Shown here: positions 1 to 10,275 of the stretch, piece by piece
Position numbering within the stretch: the stretch's first letter is position 1
How the letters are laid out: each line of letters opens with the position of its first letter
Assembly: GCA_000182565.2 (NCBI GenBank)
Contig: KQ257458.1
DNA: 64,000 nt
Reading direction: 5' to 3' (one strand)
Origin: Spizellomyces punctatus DAOM BR117
Lineage: Eukaryota
Translations under genes and position numbers: made by a program
Notes under the pieces: generated by a model
Seen by the model: the letters and a program-made list of their open reading frames with translations, nothing else
Database searches by the model: none
Told to the model about the DNA's origin: nothing

Positions 1-156
1 CTGGCGAGCAACTTGTTCAATAGCGTCGGTGGCCGTGCACAGTATCATCTGGGTCGTGAACCAAGATGCAGATGAAGCGGACCCCACAGATCCGGTACCG
101 ACCTGGTAATTGACGTCCCAACACCCCCGCTCGGAGCGCCGGTGCGTTGGCTCTTC

Positions 157-166
157 AAAGGGGGGA
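157..166 (+). other. Polypurine tract (PPT) of plus-strand LTR retrotransposon
   Basis: AAAGGGGGGA lies immediately 5' of the TGTAACG LTR start at 167. Confidence 0.8.
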
Positions 167-766
167 TGTAACGACGAGGACGTCTTCGAGAGATCGCGAG
201 TAAGCCCAAATCGGACGCGGGAAGCACGAATCGCGTGACCAACTCCACCGATTGGGTTACCGCGACCGAAAAAACCGGTTCGGAGAATGGCAATTGGCGC
301 ATTAGATTTCAGCGTGCCTCGTACAACCTGTGGAGGCCCGAGCCAGTGCGGAAAAGGAAGAGATCGGTACCGCCACCAATAAATCAGTTGCGGTGCAGCG
401 ACACCCATTAGTTTAGTTTAGTTTAACAGTTTATCCAAGAATCTTGTATAAAAAGGATGTATTCAATAAAATAAGTCGGGGGCAGAAGCCGTAGCGACAA
501 AAAATCCCCATAACTCGCTTCTCAACTCCAATCTTAGGTTAACAGGAACCTAACAGAGCGCTTCAACGGCCTGATCACCCGTACCGAAGCCTCTAAATCC
601 TGCTCGGTTCACAACTAACCGACTCTCCTTGCCTCTCGCCCTCAAGTCGCTACCGACGCCCAAAGAAAGGATTTGGAGACTACGATTCCTAGTACGGACA
701 CCCACACAACCTGCTAGGAGACCCAAGTTGTCTTTACTGTAGTCTACCAACAAAAAATCCGTTACA
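167..766 (+). mobile_element. 3' LTR (600 bp) of a plus-strand LTR retrotransposon whose body lies upstream of the window
   Basis: Perfect terminal inverted repeat TGTAACG...CGTTACA, preceded by a PPT and not followed by a PBS. Contains TATAAAAA (~447) and AATAAA (~465). Bases ~441-766 are near-identical to the reverse complement of 2804-3131. Confidence 0.88.
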
Positions 767-2661
767 AATGCCACCAGTTGCAGGTTGGCGTAAGAATCAA
801 AGATAACAGGATCTTCGGAGCTCCACATCAAGAATTTCTCATGCTCGTCGAGCCTTATCCAGGCAAGGAGGATCAAACGAGGGGTACCGTCTTCTCGGAC
901 TTTTCGCAGGATTCGATCCTTGTCAGCTTTGGCTGCGGCAGCAATGTAGAGGTGGTGGGAACTCCACACGACTGCGTAGGGGTCATTCCCGAGGTGCCCG
1001 GCGCCTCGCTTCGGTTCTTTGGCAAAGAAGCTGAGCGCGCGGGGGTTGTTGCCCATCATCAGAGCCACTTGCGGGGTGCCCCAGATGATGGCTATGTTGT
1101 CCCAGACTTGGTCCCAGCCCTGCGTGGGCGTGCGGGGGTCCTCTTCCTTAGTCTCCGTGACCTCGGAAAGAGGTGCAGTCATCAAAATTGTTGATTCCGA
1201 GTGCTTGGGTGAATGAAAGAATCCGATGGTGTGGAATCCTTGATTAGCGGCGGCTGTCCTTTCCAGTTCCGAAGCCGAAAAAAGAGTCTCGGTGGTAGCA
1301 GACGTCAAGTCCAGCTCCACTATGTAAGACTTCTTGGACTCCTGTTTGGGTTTCCAACCTGCGGGCGTGGGTGCTCCATATGGTCCTTTCTTTCCATCTT
1401 CAGGATCTTTTCAGTTCGGGTTCTGCCAGCAGAAAACGTTCCAATGCTTTTTCTGACAGAATTTGCAGGGTGCTGGTGGTTCCTTGTTGGGGTCCGGAAC
1501 CATCTTCTGAGGACCGTTGCGACCCTTTTTGGGGTTTCTGGTTTTATGTTGAGCCGTCTGCTTAGGGCCTTTGTCAGTTCCGGTCTTTTGTGACTTCTTC
1601 TGAGCTTCAGCAGCACCGCTGTAGCAAGGGTCTCGTTTTCTGGTGTCATCAGAGCCGAAATAAAGGCGCAGGAAGTCTTTTAATTTGGTCAGGTTCGTGA
1701 CGTTACAGGATTTGACCATGATTTGGATGTCGCTGGGCAATTGTTCAACTATTAGGTCGAAATGCTGGTCAGCGGGACATTCTATGTTTGCCCGGTCACC
1801 GTATGCGAGGCGCCAGAGATGAGTTTTGTGGTCAATGAATGTGAGAAAGCTGCAAAATTCTTTGGGGTTTGCGTGGCAGCGCACATATTCGGTTTTGCGC
1901 TTGGACTCAGTTAGGGGATCTCGGAACTCTCGAAGCAGTTCTTCTTTCCACCTTTTCCAGGTCCATGAGCGAGTTTCCTGGGCTTCCAGAGTGTAAAACC
2001 AAGCATCGGCAGGGGTTTTCTCAGCTATCATGGCTGGTAGGAGCTGTACCATCCTGGCATCTGACGTTGCGCTAATGTTTTGAAGAAGTTGGACTTTGTT
2101 GAGCCATTCTTCAACGTCTTGGTTTCTTTTGCCCGTAAACTCGGGTACATCCTTTGCTTTCAAGGAATCGACCTTGGTGTCGCTGGCCCACGGGGCCGCT
2201 GGCACTTGGATTGGAGGCACCGGACCTGAAAAACTTGGTTCGGTATGCTCCCTTGGTGTGTCTGATGTTTCCCATGGGGTTGCGGACCATTCTCTTGTAG
2301 CTCGTGCTATGAGAGGTAGTTCAGGCAGCGGGCGATGCGCTAGGGCTTCTAAGGCTCGTGTGAGGTGCTCATCCGCCGCTGTCTGACGTTTGGAAAGCCT
2401 ATGAAGCTGTTCCATAAGATTTTGAGTTGCCAACTGCATTGCAGCAGTCGAGCGGGCCATGTCTTCTTTTAACGCTGCCACTTCAGAGGCCATCGTGGCC
2501 AAGTTAGGGGCTTCCGGTTCGATGGAAGTGGTCCCTGAACGCCTTGGGCATGTTGCGGGAGGGACTTCGACGTCCTCCGCAGGACCCTGACTATGAGTCT
2601 GGATCACAGGTGAGCGGCCTTGCGTTGGAGAGCGTTCGACCGGCATCATTCTCGGTTTCAT
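767..2661 (-). pseudogene. gag: gag(-pol) polyprotein: retrotransposon Gag with CCHC-type knuckle, in-frame TGA at 1411-1413, then spacer and truncated aspartic protease
   Basis: Capsid-like motifs VPEFTGKRNQDVEEWLNKV...ADAWF...WKRWKEELLREF and knuckle CKFCQKKHWNVFC. ORFs 1411-2661 and 550-1320 share one frame separated only by the TGA. VIFDSYANLQLV resembles the D-S/T-G-A protease motif. Confidence 0.8.
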
Positions 2662-2788
2662 GAAGTCTGTTTCCGAAATGAGAGAAAAGGTTTCTGAGTA
2701 GCTACCTGAGCGGATCTCGGTTTGCGCAAGAGTTTCAGTATGACCGAATAAGGTTTTCAGCTGAATTTGAGAGGGGAAGGCAGTTCAT

Positions 2789-2803
2789 CGCGCTTCTCCA
2801 CCA
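2789..2803 (-). other. Primer-binding site (probably tRNA-Ala)
   Basis: Minus strand reads TGGTGGAGAAGCGCG directly after the LTR end, complementary to a ...UCUCCACCA-3' tRNA end. Confidence 0.7.
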
Positions 2804-3376
2804 TGTAATGGATTTTTTGTTGGTAGACTATGGTAAAGACAACTTGGGTCTCCTAGCAGGTTGTGTGGGTGTCCGTACTAGGAATCGTAGTCTCCAAATC
2901 CTTTCTTTGGGCGTCGGTAGCGACTTGAGGGCGAGAGGCAAGGAGAGTCGGTTAGTTGTGAACCGAGCAGGATTTAGAGGCTTCAGTGCGGGTGATCAGG
3001 CCGTTGAAGCGCTCTGTTAGGTTCCTGTTAACCTAGGATTGGGGTTGAGAAGCTAGTTGTGGGGATTTTTTTGTCGCTATGGCTTCTGGCCACCAACTTA
3101 TTTTATTGAATTCCTCTTTTTATACAAGAATATGCTACGGTAACATCTACACTAGTTTCTGTAGCCTTCATTAGGGTGGCGGCGTCCGATCTTCCCATCT
3201 CGGACCATCGCCATGATCGATCATGGCTGCGTAATGTATCCTTCACGCTGCGCTGGTGTAGCCCAGAACCGAGCTTGATCTTAGGGGTTTCGAAGCTTAG
3301 GTTACAATTGCGGAAACCTCAATCATGGTCACCTGATGCCTTTGAGCGAACCGGTTTATCAGAGTCGTTCACTACA
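2804..3376 (-). repeat. 5' LTR (573 bp) of the minus-strand retrotransposon
   Basis: Minus strand reads TGTAGTG...CATTACA (TG..CA ends with short inverted repeat), is followed by the PBS, and is homologous to LTR 167-766 over its 3' ~325 bp. Confidence 0.85.
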
Positions 3377-4349
3377 TCATCGTGGAATGTGTTTTGAAGG
3401 CTCGATCACGACAGATGGTACCTCGGTGTCAGTTTACTTGAAACATCCTGAAGCTGACAAGTATGGAAAGCGCAGCGGCGGAGGGAAAAAGTCAGCAAAC
3501 ACAATGGAGGCAGAGGTTAAAGTGCAATATGTGGAGAAAAACTTACCTGCTTGTCGAGTAGCAGAGAATGTTGTTGTTATCGACCCAAACAAGTGTGACA
3601 TTCTCTACTGCCAAGACAGCATTGGTATGACATTTCGCTACACCTCCAACCAGCAAGCCATGGAGACAGGTAGCCGTTGACAGCAAAAGGAACGACAGCA
3701 GATGAAGAAGGGGGAAATTGACCTCATAGAATCACATATCCCTAGCCACAAAACAATGAACCTCATGGATTTTACTCGCTACCTTCTCATTCGCTGTGCT
3801 GATTCGGATCGTTGCAAGGAATTCTACTCACATCCTGCCCACACGCGGTGGAAGTGGCACTCCTTCATCAATCAGCAGCGAAGTGAATCAGACCTCATAA
3901 GTGCCATGCACAACAAATACAGTGAAAACTTTACCATTGTGATGGGTGATTGGAGCGATGCCGGTCGAACTGCCAGATTTCAGACCTCATCAAAGACAAA
4001 AGGTTGGCACACCATCTTTAAGCGGAACAGGATCAACTGCTTCCTTCTTGATGAGTACAAGACCTCATCTGTCTGCCCTCACTGTTCATCCGATGACTTC
4101 CTTGAAAAAGGCTTCAAAACACGACCTCATTCAAGACCTTGGTGACGAAGAGAAGGCAAGGTTGAAAAAGTCCATGGATTGCTGGGTTGTACCAACCCTA
4201 ACTGTTTGCAGCAAGACTGGACATCGGGAATGCGCTACTGGAACAGGGACACACTGAGCACCTGCAATATGCTGATGATCGTGCAATCAATGTTGGATGG
4301 ACATGGTAGACCAGAGGTGTTCAGCAGGAGTGTTCCAGCCGTAGCCTAG
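3377..4349 (+). pseudogene. Fz1: Fanzor1 (eukaryotic TnpB-like RNA-guided RuvC nuclease, SpuFz1-like), C-terminal half, 5' interrupted by an LTR element, two in-frame TGA stops
   Basis: One frame contains FEGSITTDGTSVSV, RuvC-I VVVIDPN, VMGDWS, RuvC-II LLDEYKTSSVCPHC, Zn-ribbon GLLGCTNPNC and RuvC-III YWNRD, ending GRPEVFSRSVPAVA-TAG. Stops at 3678-3680 and 4143-4145. Confidence 0.95.
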
Positions 4350-4363
4350 ATTGGTTAGATTAG

Positions 4364-4452
4364 CTTTTCCGAACCGGTTATCGCCGGTTCAATCCCTGGT
4401 GCGGGTGCTAGTGCCAATACCCATCGGCTCCGCACTAACAATGATGATTGTG
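4364..4452 (+). ncRNA. Fanzor omega-RNA: scaffold ~4364-4437 (transposon right end) plus ~15-nt guide from the flank (ACAATGATGATTGTG)
   Basis: Starts ~15 nt after the Fanzor stop. Hairpin GAACCGG-ttatcg-CCGGTTC (4371-4390), GGGT/ACCC stem, and loop TAGTGC (4409-4414) complementary to terminal GCACTA (4432-4437), a pseudoknot. Matches my recollection of the SpuFz1 scaffold ending ...GGCTCCGCACTA. Confidence 0.88.
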
Positions 4453-4932
4453 AACATACGATATGACTACAGATTTAAATATATTGGCAGAGGAACGTCT
4501 TAGGGTTACCTGTTTGTCCTGTCCGCCTTTGAAGAACACTGCGCTCCGTTTGTTTCTTGCATGGGTTTTTTTGAAACGTTTTTGCATTGGATAACAAAGA
4601 TGCGATACAGTAGAACATTGGGAACGATGGGTTCAGACATTTTGGCGTAAAGGACGTTTGCACAATGTAGGTTTAGGTCAAACCCCCACATATTGGGATT
4701 CGGATAAGAATGTTGGTTTGGGGAAAGAGTTTGAACACATTGGGAAGAATAAAAAAACAAGAGTAATCCTTCATCTTTACAAACACAAAAAAGCCTTTTA
4801 TTTACAAACCGGCAATCGGATACGTATTTCACAACGGTATACACCTTTTTTTCCTATATACAAGCCAGTTGACTTGTGAATTTCCATACGAGTTTCGACT
4901 TGGGTTTCGTTTGCCAAACTCTTAGTTTGGGT

Positions 4933-5127
4933 TACTTTTACTTTGCGGCTTTCTTCGCTCCACCTGGCGCGGGTGCTGCATTCTTCTGTGCCTTCTGGGA
5001 GTGCTACGGCCGGTAATTTCTTCCCTACGATTTTTTCTTTTCCGAGCTTCGACCCTTGAGGGGATGGAGCCTACCAAGGCGAGGACAACAAACAATGTGT
5101 GTAAATGCTTGAAAAGTAGCAGGTCAT
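4933..5127 (-). pseudogene. Decayed paralogue of the small secreted protein at 5941-6243
   Basis: ATGACCTGCTACTTTTCAAGCATTTAC...TTGTTTGTTGTCCTCGCCTTG...GCTCCATCCCCTCAAG aligns with the 5' end of 5941-6243 but has deletions and an early TAG. The upstream flank is also homologous. Confidence 0.7.
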
Positions 5128-5940
5128 TCCTAAAGTCCTAGTCTTGTTTTCGTTTGTTGGTCAAGTTTTTGCAGTTGAATGAATGAAAGAAAGGATGTTA
5201 TCTGCGTCGTTGTCTTTGTTTTGTCTTGGTTTGGGGTTTACGAGATACATGCTTTCCCAATACACATTTTTTTTGTTTTACATACAAGCCAGTCGAGTTT
5301 CGACATGGGCTTTTTCCCGTCGTTTGCTGAACTCTTTCAAGTGGGTTTGACCGGCGTTTATTTCTTTGCAGATAAAAGCGGTACGGCTTTATTTACAATG
5401 GTTTCAGAGGCCAGTACGGTCTTCTTTGTAGGCGTTAGGACTGTGAAGTGGTTTGATATATCTTGCCAACAAATCCCAAGTCTACCCTGCGTAGACAACG
5501 CAGAGGCTGTTAAACTGGGCTTGCGATATGCATTGTCTTTGAGCCATATCTGGAATAAACGATACATGACGAATCCCATTCGAAACTCCAACCATGATTT
5601 AAATGCATTTTTGCATAGTCTTTCTTTGAAGCATTCAGATGGAGGGAATGCATTTTAATGTGGGGAGTGTGATAAAATGCCCAGAATTCTTTGTTTATTT
5701 ACATTCACAGATACTGACCCTCCCAATACATATTTTTGTGTTTCTATATACAAGCTAGTCCATTTCAAAGAATTTACAAAAGAGCTTAGACATGACCTTT
5801 TTCATCGTTGCTATACTCTGTCTGGATGTCCCGAATTTCTTTCCCTCATTTACACTATATACACTTTACTCTTTTTGTTTTTTTACCAAGCCGAAAGAGT
5901 CCATAGAGGAATTCACAAAAGTCTGGACATGGCACATTGA

Positions 5941-6243
5941 TCATTTTTTCGGATTACCAACGCCGCCGGGTCGGGTAGGAGTAACAGGCCTGCCTGCCCC
6001 ATTCTGAGGAGGAGGGCTCGGATATTTGTTAACTTTAACGGGAACTCTCTCGCCTTTTGGTAAGTTCGTTTTGGGGAGCACGGGCGGCTTTGGAGGGCGA
6101 CCGATGGTCCCGGGAGTAACGTCAATGGCTGGCTTGGGTTTCGGCGGTGGGGCTTGCGGGGATGGAGCGGCCAGAGCTGACACGGCTAGCAAGGCGAGAA
6201 CGACGAACAAGAATGCGTAGATGTTTGACAAGTAGCGGGCCAT
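5941..6243 (-). CDS. Small secreted Pro/Lys-rich protein (100 aa)
   Basis: Clear signal peptide (AFLFVVLALLAVSALA-AP) and Pro-rich basic mature part. A GC-rich ORF within AT-rich flanks. Confidence 0.75.
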   Translation of the reverse strand: MARYLSNIYAFLFVVLALLAVSALAAPSPQAPPPKPKPAIDVTPGTIGRPPKPPVLPKTNLPKGERVPVKVNKYPSPPPQNGAGRPVTPTRPGGVGNPKK

Positions 6244-7869
6244 TTTTTGAGTAGTTGGATTTTGGTTTTCGTTTGTTGGAACTATCGAGTGTTTACTGAT
6301 GATGAATGAATGGGGGGGAGTGTTATCCTGGTCGTCTTTTTATGCACATTGTCAGGCATAGAATACTTTACTATAGTCACTATTCGGGTCGCGGCATGCC
6401 GGTACCTGTTACATAATATTCCACACCCTGTTTTTTGTTGTATTCTGTACAGTGCTATCAACACCAGTTCTCATGTTCCGATAGGCTCTCTTGCAACATG
6501 TAAATGACATGAACAAATGCTGGTTACAAATCAATCCACTCTGTTTTTTGATAGCATTTGGCATACGCATACAAAATGCTATGAAAAAGATTACAGATGA
6601 GACGTGCGCTTTTGGTTTGTGATTTAAGATGGTGCGGGTGCGCATTAGCAAGCGAGTTCTTGTCTCTGTTTTGGGGTCATTGGGAGACGGGCTCGGGGTG
6701 CAATTTGAGAACGGCTCAACTTGAACAAAGAGATCATCAGAACGAGTTTCCAAAACCTGACATTGAAACGTTCCATTAAAGCACCAGTTGAAGCAACCCG
6801 CTTGCCAAAAAACAACCAATACAAAACCAAAAAGAACGCTTTTACGCAAGCACTCATCAACCCCTCTCGCAACATTATCCATCGGCGCATTCATCCCATC
6901 AACCAACAGAAAATATCTGTAAACAAGATAAAAAAAATATTTTCATAGAGACAATAATGATAAAAAGCCCTAGTTCATGTACAAAGATTGCCTCACCGCC
7001 TCAGCCATAGAAAAACCCGACCAGGGTTTTCCAAAAGCAGGGGATGCGTAATAAACAAAAGAAAGGGTTGGGTGTTGTAAAAGCGGAAAGCAACTGGCAT
7101 GTACATGAAATCAACGTAAATAAAAAAAAGAGAAATGGAGAAAGCAATGTCAGTAGTAAAGTATTCTTGAATACAAGACTGGCTTATTGCCCCCATTTCT
7201 GTTTACATTTTACCATTCTATTTTACATTTTGGGGCTGTTATTTAAGACGCAAACTATATATCGCAAACTATGCAAATGACAAACATTATCTCATCTCGT
7301 TTGTTTGTTCATTTTCTATATTCCTGTAATATCCACATTAATAACACCCCATACTTTTGGAATATCCGTTTCCGTTTGACTTGAAAAAAGGCACTCGAAT
7401 AAGACATCACTAATGTGCAAGACATATCCTCAAAGTCCTGAACGAAAAGGTGCCATCTCTCGTCGGATGAGATGCGTGTTGGCGGATCCTCACCATTGAC
7501 ACATACGTTCCCATCTCAAAATCAAATCGTTGAAAAGTTTATAACATTCATATTAGGCATCATAAATACAAAAAAAAAAAGATAAACACCTTTTCCGCTA
7601 AACAAAAAACAAGCCCACATTTTCTTGTACATTTCTCACGATTCCTGACACTTGTTTTTCGCCCTCAACTTTTCAACACCACACCAAATCCACGACCACA
7701 ACGATAAACACAGCGGACTCGTTGACCGATTCCACACAATACGGTAGTCACTAGCGCGCAAGATAAATCAATGACCATCACCACCGTCACCAAATTGCCA
7801 AAAAAAAAAAAAAACCACCGCACACGGCCAACTCCATAGTTCTCGCAAAATCATTCGAGTCCGAAACCA

Positions 7870-9966
7870 TCACCCCCGGAAAAAAACACCATCAACAAGC
7901 TCTTCACTCGCCATCCCCGCTGGATCCTCACCCATCATTCGCCCCACCATCATGACATCCTCCATTCCTTGTCCGTATCCATAGCCGTAGCCTCCATACA
8001 CGTTATACGTATTGACATTGTACGAGGGGGGACGCGAGATGCCGTACGAGGCGTATTGGTGCTCGTAGGGGGGATAGTAGGGTTGGGAGGTGTTGGAGTG
8101 GGTGCGCGTCATGGCGGGCACCGCACCCATGCCCGGTCCCATGCCCGGGGGTCCCATTCCGGGTCCCATCGCGGCGGGTCCCATGCCGGGTACTGCCATC
8201 GGTGCTGGTGGTGCTGGTGGTGCTATGGGAGGTGCTTGGTCTTGCGAATGAGCGGAATGTGTGGGAGTCAAGGGCGTCTTTTCAGTCAACTGAAGCTCCG
8301 TCAACTGCTTCAACAAGACATCCAAGTCCACACCAGGTGGAATCGTCCCGGCTTTGGTCTGCATTTCCAAAAATTGCGCCAAAACAGTCTTGAGCATTTC
8401 GGGCGGGAGCGACGAAGGCTTGACGTTTTGCGGGGGTGTAGTTGGGGGATAGTCCATCATGAAATCGTCGTCTGAATCTCGACGGGGCCGCTTGCCGGAT
8501 TTGGGCTTTGGAAACGTCGACAAGGAGGGCGCTGATGTGCCGTAATTCGTGGTGGGTTCCTGGCTGGCGGCTCTAGAGTGGATCGCCGGGTTGTATACGG
8601 TCGTGGGCACGATATGGGATGGGCTGCGCTGCATTGGTGTAGTACTTGTTGTAAATGACGGTGCAGACGTGGAAAGGACATTGGGGTGTGCCATGGGCGA
8701 ACACGTCGTCAAGACCCCGCTTGTGTTGGTCCCCGCAATCGCGGGTTGATGTACGGTAGACATCGTAGCCATGGGACGGTGATGCGGGCGGGATGCAATG
8801 GGGGCTTTGGCAACCGGTGCACTGGATTGTTGTTGCTCTTTTCCCTTTTCCTTTTTAGGTCCCCTGTTGCGTTTGCGAATGACATCGCTCTTCATGGAGA
8901 TAGGACGCACGACGCCGTGTAGTTTGTAAAAAAGGCCACAGGCGTTGCAGAGAGGGTCGCCATTGGCATCGCGGCGCCAAAGAGGCGTCTTGTTGGTGCC
9001 GCAGTTGGAACAAGCAGATGGCGGTACATACGACGATAATGACGACGAAGCTTGTGAGGAACTGCGCCGGCTGTTGCTGGCCGATTTGATTTTCCGCACG
9101 GGTTTGACGGTGGACGTGCTGCTTGTAGAAGCGACCGAAGACGAAAACTCGACGCCTGAATCGGGCGGCGGCGTTCCCGCCATGCTTGAATGCGGATTGT
9201 CGATGAGCGAAACAGTGGGCAGTGATCCACTTGCCCAGGAGGTTATGGGGGGCGATGAAGCGACATCGCCCGGTGGGAAATAAAGCTGTTCACCCGGGCC
9301 ACCCAGAGTCCGATTGTCCCGGCTCACACTCGAGTGAGCATCGCTAATGTTTCCTGCGTGCGCGAGCAAGTCTGCGGCCTTGAGCGAGGCAGAAAGAGGA
9401 CTTGTAGAAAGGGAGGGATGGTTGGGAACGGGTTGTTTGATGAATGGATCATCCATAGTAGTAGTTGTAGTAGGATCAGTAGTAACAAATCCAAACGGAT
9501 CCCATGAATCGTCATCGAGTGTAAAGAAAGATTCAAGATACGAATGCTCCAGTTGCTTGCGCTCTCGTAAGAGTGACATGTGCATGAGCCTCCATGTCAT
9601 ATTCTCCAATCTCGCTCCATTGGGCAGAGCGTCCCGAGCGCGAGTACATAGTTTCCATACAGAGTGAGAATCCGCAGATGTTCTAGCACCCCGTATGAGC
9701 CACGAGAGTAGATTGTCCCCCTCCAGTTTGACCAACGTGTCTGTAAGCGATAGTGAGTTGAGTGTGAGTGAAAATGAGAGGAATGAGTGAAAACACTTAC
9801 TAATAGAGTAGAGATGTGTGCGTGTGTGTGGGGAAAGAACTAGAGTTGCGTGTGCGTGTATGAATAGTCCAAATGACTTGCGTGCGTGAAAAGTTGTCGT
9901 TGTCCGTAAGTGTCCGTAGATGGTCGCTTGCGGGAGGAAGATTGAAATCACTCTCTCCTTACACAC
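7870..9966 (-). CDS. areA: AreA/Nit2/Gat1-type GATA transcription factor (true start uncertain; 9742-9966 is probably intron)
   Basis: N-terminal [10 protein letters not shown] motif (DUF1752-type) and GATA finger [33 protein letters not shown] with basic tail. Confidence 0.88.
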   Translation of the reverse strand: MCKERVISIFLPQATIYGHLRTTTTFHARKSFGLFIHAHATLVLSPHTRTHLYSISKCFHSFLSFSLTLNSLSLTDTLVKLEGDNLLSWLIRGARTSADSHSVWKLCTRARDALPNGARLENMTWRLMHMSLLRERKQLEHSYLESFFTLDDDSWDPFGFVTTDPTTTTTMDDPFIKQPVPNHPSLSTSPLSASLKAADLLAHAGNISDAHSSVSRDNRTLGGPGEQLYFPPGDVASSPPITSWASGSLPTVSLIDNPHSSMAGTPPPDSGVEFSSSVASTSSTSTVKPVRKIKSASNSRRSSSQASSSLSSYVPPSACSNCGTNKTPLWRRDANGDPLCNACGLFYKLHGVVRPISMKSDVIRKRNRGPKKEKGKEQQQSSAPVAKAPIASRPHHRPMATMSTVHQPAIAGTNTSGVLTTCSPMAHPNVLSTSAPSFTTSTTPMQRSPSHIVPTTVYNPAIHSRAASQEPTTNYGTSAPSLSTFPKPKSGKRPRRDSDDDFMMDYPPTTPPQNVKPSSLPPEMLKTVLAQFLEMQTKAGTIPPGVDLDVLLKQLTELQLTEKTPLTPTHSAHSQDQAPPIAPPAPPAPMAVPGMGPAAMGPGMGPPGMGPGMGAVPAMTRTHSNTSQPYYPPYEHQYASYGISRPPSYNVNTYNVYGGYGYGYGQGMEDVMMVGRMMGEDPAGMASEELVDGVFFRG

Positions 9967-10193
9967 AAATGAACGATGATCCCCCAGACCAAAAATCCCG
10001 TTGTCCTTCCTTTACGCCAATAATGTCTGCGTGGGAATATCCTTGCCCCCAACCCCCCCTTCGCTCTCACGTGAGCTCAATTCATGACTAAGCATGTAGA
10101 TTCCCGACACATTCCGCACAGATAACTTATCTTTTCATCTAGAATGAATTAGTATTCCATACTAGTTCAACACTGCCATTTGCATTTTCAACA

Positions 10194-10275
10194 GCACGCT
10201 TGTCCGAGCGGTCTAAGGAGCTGGTCTCAAGTTCCAGTCTCGAAAGAGGCGTGAGTTCGAATCTCACAGCGTGCA
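10194..10275 (+). tRNA. tRNA-Leu(CAA)
   Basis: 82-nt cloverleaf: acceptor GCACGCT/AGCGTGC, anticodon loop CT-CAA-GT, long variable arm, GTTCGAATC T-loop. Confidence 0.97.

Larger units (their letters stand above)
767..3376 (-). mobile_element. 5' part of a Ty3/Gypsy-like LTR retrotransposon (5' LTR, PBS, gag, start of protease), interrupted at 766/767 by another LTR element
   Basis: Minus-strand order is LTR, TGG-PBS, gag with zinc knuckle, then an in-frame continuation to an aspartic-protease-like IFDSYA motif. Confidence 0.88.

Noticed and set aside
272-287. AACCGGTTCGGA in the LTR matches the reverse complement of the omega-RNA 5' hairpin
   Set aside because: Only ~12 bp, mostly a palindromic core, and it matches the scaffold rather than the guide; probably chance.
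2808-3020. 70-aa ORF nearly identical to the C-terminus of ORF 550-1320
   Set aside because: Both are antisense translations of the shared LTR R/U5 sequence, not a duplicated gene.
441-3131. ~325-bp inverted repeat read as TIRs of a DNA transposon or inverted LTRs of a DIRS element
   Set aside because: Each arm lies within its own TG...CA LTR with a PPT or PBS, so two oppositely oriented LTR elements explain it.
3336-3376. ATG at 3336 as the Fanzor start
   Set aside because: It lies inside the LTR. Fanzor similarity starts at ~3378, and a stop follows at 3678 anyway.
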